NCBI GenBank assembly: GCA_964187785.1
Contig: OZ076417.1
Span: 23,126,001 to 23,190,000, forward strand
Direction: 5' to 3'
Length of the DNA stretch: 64,000 bases
Source of the DNA: Amphiscolops sp. MND2022
Taxonomy: Eukaryota
The notes beneath the pieces were generated by a model that did not search any database, had not been told where the DNA came from, and saw nothing but the letters and a program-made list of their open reading frames with translations. Position 1 is the stretch's first letter. Each line of letters opens with the position of its first letter. Shown in pieces: positions 47,101-56,100 of this stretch. The translations under genes were made by a program, and so were the position numbers.

Positions 47101-50100
47101 TCTTTCTTAGAATAACTTAAGGAACAAGAATATGGATTACGATAACTTTTAGCCAATTATCAGTTTTGATAATCTCTGGCGACAACAGGAGTATATTTCA
47201 ACCCTTGGAACCTACCGCAATAGTCAGAAACTGTGTCCGACGGAGGTTGTTTCCTTCATTCTCAGTTGGGCGAAATATAATGACAACAGAAGAAATGTGT
47301 ATTCGGATGCCATGTACAAGGCGCATTTGATAGATGCGATTTCGGCTTCAGTTTCGCCTTCAGCTACAATTGTTTCGTCTCCTGACATGTTAACTGTCGG
47401 TTAGTCCTTCTTTGCTTCTGACAATTGTTGTTTAGTAATAGCACATTTCCAAAATGGCTTCCCAATCTTGAAAATAGTGTATAAAAAACTTTGAATAAGG
47501 TTGGAAAACGCTCAATTAGATCCTTGTTATTAGAACAAATCAACTTAATTTTGAAACAAAGCAGTGTAAAATACCATGACTAGAAAGGACATTCAAGTTG
47601 AACTAATTAGGAAGAGTATTTCATCATAGACTTTACAGAAATCTAATCTAAAACTATTCCAACACTTTTTACTCAATTCGGTTGATATGCGATAAATTGT
47701 ATAATAAACAAGGCCCGCTGACCAGCGAGATATTTTCCGCCCCAAACTGTTCTACAACTACATAAATTTGAGGCTCAAGAATAGCCAATGCACTATAAAA
47801 ACGCAAAGAAGTTCGAATAAAAGAAAGCTTTGATTCATTTTAGCCCATTTTTAGTCGGCGCTTTTCCATTAAGGGAAAATGCCCGACTATAGCAGTGACT
47901 GTTTTTAGTCGGCGTCTTTTCCCTTAAGGAAAAAAGCCCGACTATTACAGTGGGTAGTTTTTTTTAGTCGGCGCTTTTCTAGGGAAAAGTGCCCGACGCT
48001 TACAGTGGCTAGTTTTTTTTTCTTTTTTTTTTCGTCAGACTACAATCTCACTCTGATTGGGCCACTTTTCTTACAATCGAAACTACTAAAACTACTAGCA
48101 TAAGAGGCCAAGTCCGGTCAGCGGAAATTAGTGCAAAAGGGTCCCCCCTTTCATTTTTTACCTTTTTTACGTAACCTACAAAACCGGAAGAGACCAAAGG
48201 GTCCCCCCTTTCAATTTTTTTTCGGCACTGTGCGAAATTTTTTTCGAAAATTTTTTAAGGTCTCAAAAGAGTCCCCCCTTCGAGTTTTTTGATATTTTGC
48301 AACAAAATGTATGTTAATAAATCCCAAAGGGTCCCCCCTTTTCATTTTTCGGCACTATGCGACATTTTCGAAGTTTTTTCAAAAAAAAATTTTTCAAAAA
48401 AATTTTCAAATTTTATTTTGTTCCCAGTCGGGAAACAGTGATTTTCCAGTCATATAGAGCATGAAAGGCACACTTTGGGTGTCTCCAAAGTGTTTTCAAA
48501 GCTTTTCATGAATACGTCCTGAGCATATTTAGAAAACTTTGCGCTTCTTGAGCCTTAGATATAGCGCCGACTTTAGACGTTCCCGTCTTGTTTCTTTTTC
48601 AGCCTACAATCTCACTCTGAATGGTCCACTTTTTACAATTTGTTCATCTGTTCTGTTGTTCATCTTCGACTAAATTTCTGAAGCCGGAGAGCGGGGGTTC
48701 GATTCTCGCACTAAACCATAATATTTTTATGCTTCCAAAAGTACAGCAGGTGAGACCAAAGGGTCCCCCCTTTGGGTTTTTTTCGGCACTATGCGACTTT
48801 TTTTCGAAAATTTTCGGATTCTATCAAAGGGTAACCCCTTGCATATTTTGAAGTTTTCGGTTTGTAAAAACGTTTAATGAGCCTGAATGGCCTCTTTTTG
48901 AGTTTTTTGGCATTGTGCGACTTTCTAAAAAAATACTTTTTTCGAAAAAAAAATTTCAAAAAAATTTTTTATGAAAATAATTTTTCCAAATGTTTCCAAT
49001 AGTTGTTCTTTGAATATTTTCGAGCCTTAGATATGGCGCCGACTTGAGACGATCCCGTCTTGTTTTTCTTCAGACTACAATCCTCACACTGATCGGTCCA
49101 CCTTTCTTACAATTCTTACAATCTTAAAATCTTACAATTCTTACTTAGCAAATTTAAATAAAATACTTTAAAAACTTGCGAAGTAGTATTTTTACATCAT
49201 CTAAGAAACTCAAAGGGACTCAGAGTATTTTCGGCTCTGTGAGACTTTTTATCGAAAAATTTTTTCCCCAAAGGGTCCTCCTTCAATTTTTTTGGAGTTT
49301 TCCGACAGAACGGATGTTGAAAAATCGCAAAGGGTCCCCCTTTCAGTTTTTTCGGCATTGTGAGACTTTGAAAAAAATTTCACCAAAAGTGTTTCTCCTT
49401 TTTTGATGATTTGCGACAATGGATGAAAAATTTCAAAGTGTCGCCTCTGGTGTGCCAATTCGGTTCTTGTTCATTGTTTCTCATTCATTGTTTTTGCTTT
49501 TTCGATTTTCGAGTACTGTAAATTGACTCTTGGAAGTCCTTTTGCTGTTTTTGAGCCTTAGATATGGCGCCGACTTGGGCTGTTCCCGGCTTGTTAAAGG
49601 AAACACCTATTTTATTATTTCTGCGATAGCTGGCCTCATCGTTTTTTTCGGCACAGTGCGACTTACCGAGTAAGGAGAAAGTTTTCGATAAAATTTTTCT
49701 ATAATAATTTTTGAAAAACATTTTTCGAAATTTTTAGTTTTTGAGATTTTCTGTAATGGAAATAAGTTTCTCGAGTCTTGAGTTTGACCTCTTTGTTACT
49801 TTTGATTATGTGGAACTGATGAGTTTTCTTATTGATAGTGGAAAATACCTCATTTCAGTTTTTTTGGCTCTGTGTGTCTTTCTGAAACATTCATTTGGCC
49901 GAAGGGATACCTTGCTTTTTTTAGGAGATTTCGGCTTGCTTTAGAAAAGTAGTTTTGCGAGCTGAAACTTGTTCCCCCATCATAGGACTTCACCGAAAAA
50001 ATTTAAAAAATTGAATTTCGTTGGTATTCCTGTTGGGGAAAAATGGTTTCGGAGGCTCAGGCGTATTTTTTGGGGTAATTTTTGGCACTGCGAAATAGGA

Positions 50101-53100
50101 AAAGCCTGGAACTAGGTCTTTTGCAAGTTTAAGAAGCTTGAACGGTCCCGGTTTGTTATATTATTGCACATAGTTTCACCTGAAGTGTCAAATATGGGAA
50201 ATGTTTTCGACAACTTTGGGGTCAATTTCAGGAACTTTTTTAACATGAATTTAGATATGTCTCTTCAAAAATAAGCCTACTGGACACCGAGTTTAATTGT
50301 TGTTGATTGTTCACACCATTCTAACCCACAAAATAGCTAGAAACAATTTCCTTTGGAAGGTCTACTCCGTATCTAGTGATTTTGCTTGGAGCCTATTGAA
50401 TATTAAATATTGTACAAATAAGGTAGGAATTCTACGTTTTCGAGGAAAGTTTTTGAAAGTTGGAAAAATAAACTTGTCTGATATCTTTTTGAAACATTAC
50501 CGGTAGGTACTTGTTTCAATCCTGAGCCTATGGTGTTTCTTATTGAATAAACTTTCGGAAAGGGTCCAAAATTGGGACTATGTTTGAGAATTAGGAAATC
50601 TCGGAAATTTTGACAGCTTTGTAAGCTCGATGAATGTCATCCCACTTTTTTCCTAAATTGCAACTTGAATACTGTTTCAGCGCTCAGGTCAATAGATGTT
50701 CAGTTCTTCAAAAACTTTCGTGGTTTTTACAAAAATTGTGAATAAATTGTCAAAAAACGTGCTTTTTGTTTCATGGATTTTGGGAGTGAGGCTAATTCCA
50801 GCAAAAAATTAAAGATTTTTTTTTCAAAATTGCCTACTGGATACCAGGATTAGTTATTGCTGAGTTTTTAAAACCATTTTGGGCAAGGAAGTAGCTAAAT
50901 AATTGACGAGAAAACTGCCCAAATATGCAAAAAATATTTTTTTCAGCTTTTGCATTCTTTGGGTCATTTCGAGGAATTTTTTCCATAAAATATGCGAATT
51001 CCATTTTGAAATCTTGCTGTGGACCTAGTTTTATCCTTTGGAGCTTTTCGAAGCTCTTATTTTACCAAAATTTTCTGATGTCAAAAATTCACTGAAAATG
51101 TCAAGTCGGCAAAAATTGAAATTTTCGAGTTTTTGCGGTCCGTTTTGAGCCATTTAACAACCGAAGTCCTCAAATACTTCCTTAAAAACTTACTGAATTA
51201 TGAGTTCAATCTTCGTTGAATGATTGCCAACATTCTGACTCCAAATCGATACAAAAAGTTTCATCAAATTGACCAAAGATCATCAATACAAGTTGTCCCA
51301 TTGTTTAGGGGTTTTATCTTTTTAGGCCAACGTGTCTATCGTTAGTTTGACAAAAGTTCAACAATAATGTTAAAAATCGGAAATTTTTCGAATTTTTGTC
51401 TTTTTCGATGTCAATTCCAAACTTTTTTCATTTGGAATACTGCCTTTATCTCTTTGCTAAGCATACTGGACAACACAATCTTTCCTTGTTAGGTTTTCTC
51501 AACATTCCAATCCACGAAGTCTGTCAAATTTGTGAAAATGCATAAAAACTTTGAAAATTGGAAAAGTTTTGGCTTTTCGACACTTTCGGTGTCAATTTGA
51601 GACACTTTTCATTTCGAAAACTGCAATTATCTTTTCATAAAAGACTACTCGACAACTATCACTTTCCTTTGTTCACCCTCCTAATCATTCCAATCCACGA
51701 AGTCTGTCAAAACAATTGCACAAATGCATAAAAACTTTGAAAATTGGACAACTTTGGGTTTTTTGTCATTTTCGGTCAATTTGGGACATTTTTCATTCAG
51801 AAAACTGCATTTATCTCTTCATTAAAAAAGACTACTGGACAACAAATCTTTACCTTGATGAAAGATTTCAACATTCCAATCCTCTGAGTCTGTTGGAATT
51901 TTGACAGAAATTGCATAAAAACTTCAAAATTAGGAAAATTTTTTCGATGCCAATTTGAAACTTTTCCATCTATGAAACTCCAATAAACTCTTCGAAAAAG
52001 CCTACTGGACGACAAATTCTTCCCGTGTTGACCATTTCCAACAATCCAATCCACGAAGCCTGGCGAAAATTTGACAAAAATGCATGAAAACTTTGAAAAT
52101 GGAAAATTTTCGGTTTTTTGTCCTTTTCCGTGTCAATTTGAGATTTTTCATTTGGAAAACAGCTATTAGCTCTTGAGAAAAGCCTACTGAACAAAAATTT
52201 CGTGCCATGTTGAGCTTTTTCGACATCTTAATCCGCGAAGTCTAACAAAAATTTGACAGAAATCGCAATAAAAACTTTAAAAATCGGGACCATTTTGTTT
52301 TTTTTTTGTCATTTTCAATTTCAATTTGAAATGTTTTTATTTGGAAAGCAGCAATTTTCTCTTCATAGAAGACTATTGGATAACGAGTTTGTGCCTTGTT
52401 GAACGTTTTCAACATTCTAATCCACGATATCTATCGAAAAATTGACAAAAACTGCTATAAAAAAATAAAAAATTGAAAAAGTTTCTTATTTTTGGGGTCA
52501 TTCTGGGGTCCTTGGTCAACCAAAAAAAGTCCAAAAATATCCACAAATACATATCGCACGAAGCTAAATTTATGTGAGTGGAATTCTATGTGTAACACTC
52601 TTGAAGTTAAATATAAATGTAAAAACCCGTTTGATTTAATTATTTTCCTTTCCCTTATGAAATATGGGCGGAAAATAACAATTCAAACAAAGTTTCCATC
52701 ACCTTCAAAATGGTTTTTAAAAGTAGACCTATGACTTCTGAAAGTTATGGACAGCACTTGTATCTGAAGTTTTGATGAAAATTTGAAGCTTTCATCAATT
52801 TGCACGATGAATGCAGGCATTCCTTCGCCTATGATAGACCATGAACTCCGTAACAGCTCGATAATAATCAAAAAACATTTATTTGATTTAGAAATGAAGA
52901 TGGTTGTGGAAGAAATTGTGCGTTTCCTTAATCTGGAAAAATTAGTTCCCTCCTACAAGTTCTGTGTCACCGTCAGTTGTCTACGAGCCATGCGCAATCT
53001 CCAGAGAAACGGCCACCTTCCAAACGACCCCACTCTGTTCAAGAACTACTGCAGTGAGAACCAGTTCGTGGACGTGCGACTGGCCGCCATTGAGAGTCTG

Positions 53101-56100
53101 ATAGACTTCACACGAGATGATGCCAACAGTTACATTCTGTCGTTTCTGTTGGACATAATTGAGACAGGTGGGTCACGTTTTGTTCACGGGTTTGAAAAAC
53201 AGATACAGTGGATCCCGGATATAAGAAACCCGCTTATGAAAATAGTACCCGCTTATATTCAATGTGTATCTTGGCCCCGACTGTCAATTCAATTCCTTTC
53301 TGAACCCGCATATAAAAAGTTAGGTTATAAGAACCACCACTAGTCGTTCCCCTGGCGTTGATTGTATCCATAATCCACTGTACTGATGAGCGACAGCAAA
53401 GGGAAGAAGAGTTTGATAGCTTCCGTTTCCTTCGTTTGTGCAATGTAGATGATGTTGAACTCGTTCAGAAAGAATACTTTCAAAATTCAAGAAAATTTGA
53501 ATTGATTTAATAATCATAGTGTGTGTTAGTCTAGTCTGGCAATAATGGCATTTGTTGAAGTTTTTGATCATTAGATGTAAGTATTCATTTGGACTTTTTG
53601 TCTAGATCGTCATCCGTATGTGCGTCACAGAACTCTACAGATGCTGAGCATAAGTCCCCCGTTCAACAGGACAGATGCGAACCCTCTCAACACGGAAGCC
53701 ACTGTAGACAGACTGTGGAACCTCGTCAATCGTGTCACTGTCGGAGGTAATGTTACATAACATCCACGCAGTTCTTTCACGTAATGCTTTTAAATATTTT
53801 TCTTGAAAGGGAGAAGTGCAAATAGATAAATTTTTGTAAGGACGTTTCTGGAAGCGGAATGATCCTTCCATCATGAAATGAAGCGGGCCTACTATAGTGA
53901 CTTTTCGTCGTGTTTTTTTTTCAATCCGCCCGGCTGCCAAAATTTTAGGAAATTTCTACAAAATAGCAATTTTGTCGGAAAGGTTCAAATTTTGACAAAG
54001 TTATTTGAATAAAAAAGATTTGGAGGTTATTTTCGGTACTGTAAAAGTGAGAATTTATTTGAAAGAAGCCTTGACGCTCTGAAGTACTTTTGCCTTTTTG
54101 TTCCCGGCTTGCTTTTAACCATACACTGATGAAAGTAATTCGGGGAATAAGGTGCAATAGCATTTTGCATAGTGATTTTCTTGAACAATAATCTCAAATA
54201 GCTGATATCTAAGTTCGTTCATTCAACTCTCAACGAATGCATAAAATTGTCTATTCTGATCAACGAATTATCCCAATGTAAGATTTTAGCAGCTATTATT
54301 TGATATGGCAGCTAAATTTTCATCACCGGCCGTGTTTCGTCAATTTTTTCCCTAGTCTTTCATCACTTTTTGCTTAGATGCGCGTCTGCGATGCAGTGCC
54401 ATAGAGTTTTACCACGCTCTGTACGGAAGAGGACGGCCTTACTGTTTGCCCAAACCAGAACTGGGCGTGGTTGTCAATCTGCGCGAGAAAAGGGCTGACG
54501 TCACAAGGGGCGAGGTGGCCCAACTGGTCAGTCAGGTCAGTACAATTTAATTCAATACTTCTACAAGGACATATAAAAATTAATTATAAACGATACGAAG
54601 ACAGAAAGTTATGGTTCCAAACCAACTTTACAAGGGGAGCAGCAAAAGGAAAACTAAGCTCGGTTTTTATAAAGAAATAAATCTGCTTTTCTCAGGCCCA
54701 GCACGCTATATCCGATTTTTTTTTTAAAAAAGACCGGTGTTTTTTCTATGCGACTTTTTTCAAATTTGTTTTCACCGAAGCTCCTCCTCAATTTTTACAA
54801 GAAACGAAACGTTTTGCGAGCGTTAAGGACTCCTCAAGGTTTTCGGCACTATGCGACTTACCGGAGACCATCAAAAAAATTTTCGAAAAATTTCGAAATT
54901 TTTTCCCTTAATTTTCTGTTTTTTTGAAAGGTTTACCGTTTAGATGGGTTTTTTCTTGTTTCCAGTTGGGGAAGAATGGTTTTCCAGACTTAAGCGTATC
55001 CCTTTGGGTATTTTTTGGCGCTATAACAATGATGAAATTTTAATGTCCTTTTACCATTGGTTCGTATGATATTGCTTATTTGGTTTTCTTCAAAAGTTCG
55101 CAAGTGTTTGCGCAGCACGGCTTCGCCTCTGTGCTTGAAGTGGTTTTTTGAAGACGGCTTTTAATGAAAGATAAATTCGGTTCTCACTCATCCATTAACC
55201 GCACCGTGTCTTCTTTTTCTCAATGAAGTCTGTTCAAGGAGCTACGGTCCGCGAGTAGAATTCACGATGCTTACAAAACAGCATGCTTCTACTTGCCGCG
55301 ACTTCTAATTACGAAAATTACAACATTAACAAGGTTAAGAATGGCATAAGTCGGGCCATGTCTAAGGCTCAAAAATAGCAAAAGGACTTCAAAGTATTTT
55401 TTCACAGTACCTGAAAAACCCAAAAGTTGGACCGAATTGGAGGACCTCTTCGGATTTTTCAACATTTCTGTCGCAAAACATCAAAAAATTTGAAGAGGTG
55501 GACTATTTGCAGACATTAGTTAGCTTCACCCGGTATTGTATGTTGCGCTGAAAAAAAGGAACAACTCTTTTGTTTAAGTTCCTTGGGCCAAATAGTCCAA
55601 TTCGACACTTTAAAGTTTCGTAGAACTATTTTGGTCAGTTCGTGTGGACTGAACAAAAAAGAGTCACTAGTATAGTTGCGTTTCACTTTATGATGCGGTT
55701 TGGGTGTTACTGAAGAATTCTCCTTCCTTGAGGGGCTACTCAAGAGCCTATAAATACGAAAGTGAAATATATGTTATAGTCGGTGATTGGAGTCTCATTG
55801 TTGGTTGCCTCCTACAAGTTTGTAGTCAAAATTCAAATATCACAATCTCGAGGCGACTCAAGTTGGCGAAAAAGCGCTAAGATCTTAATTATGCTCAGGG
55901 ATAGTTTTTAACGAGGAAACACCCAATGCCCAAATTGGATAGAAGGGATTTTTCGGCTCGAAAATGAGGTAACTGATAAAGTCGACGAATGTACCCTTCA
56001 GTCAAATTTGACATTCTTTAAGTTTCAAGAAACAAAAAGTGACCCCGTAGTCTTACCGGGGAATAGTGGGCCATTCAATGACATTCTGTGGTTTACAGGA

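Noticed and set aside
47850-48010. Short repeated AGTCGGCG..CCCGACT units resembling a CRISPR array
   Set aside because: Eukaryotic context, irregular spacing, no unique spacers and no cas genes; these are tandem fragments of a dispersed repeat also seen at ~12585 and ~13000.
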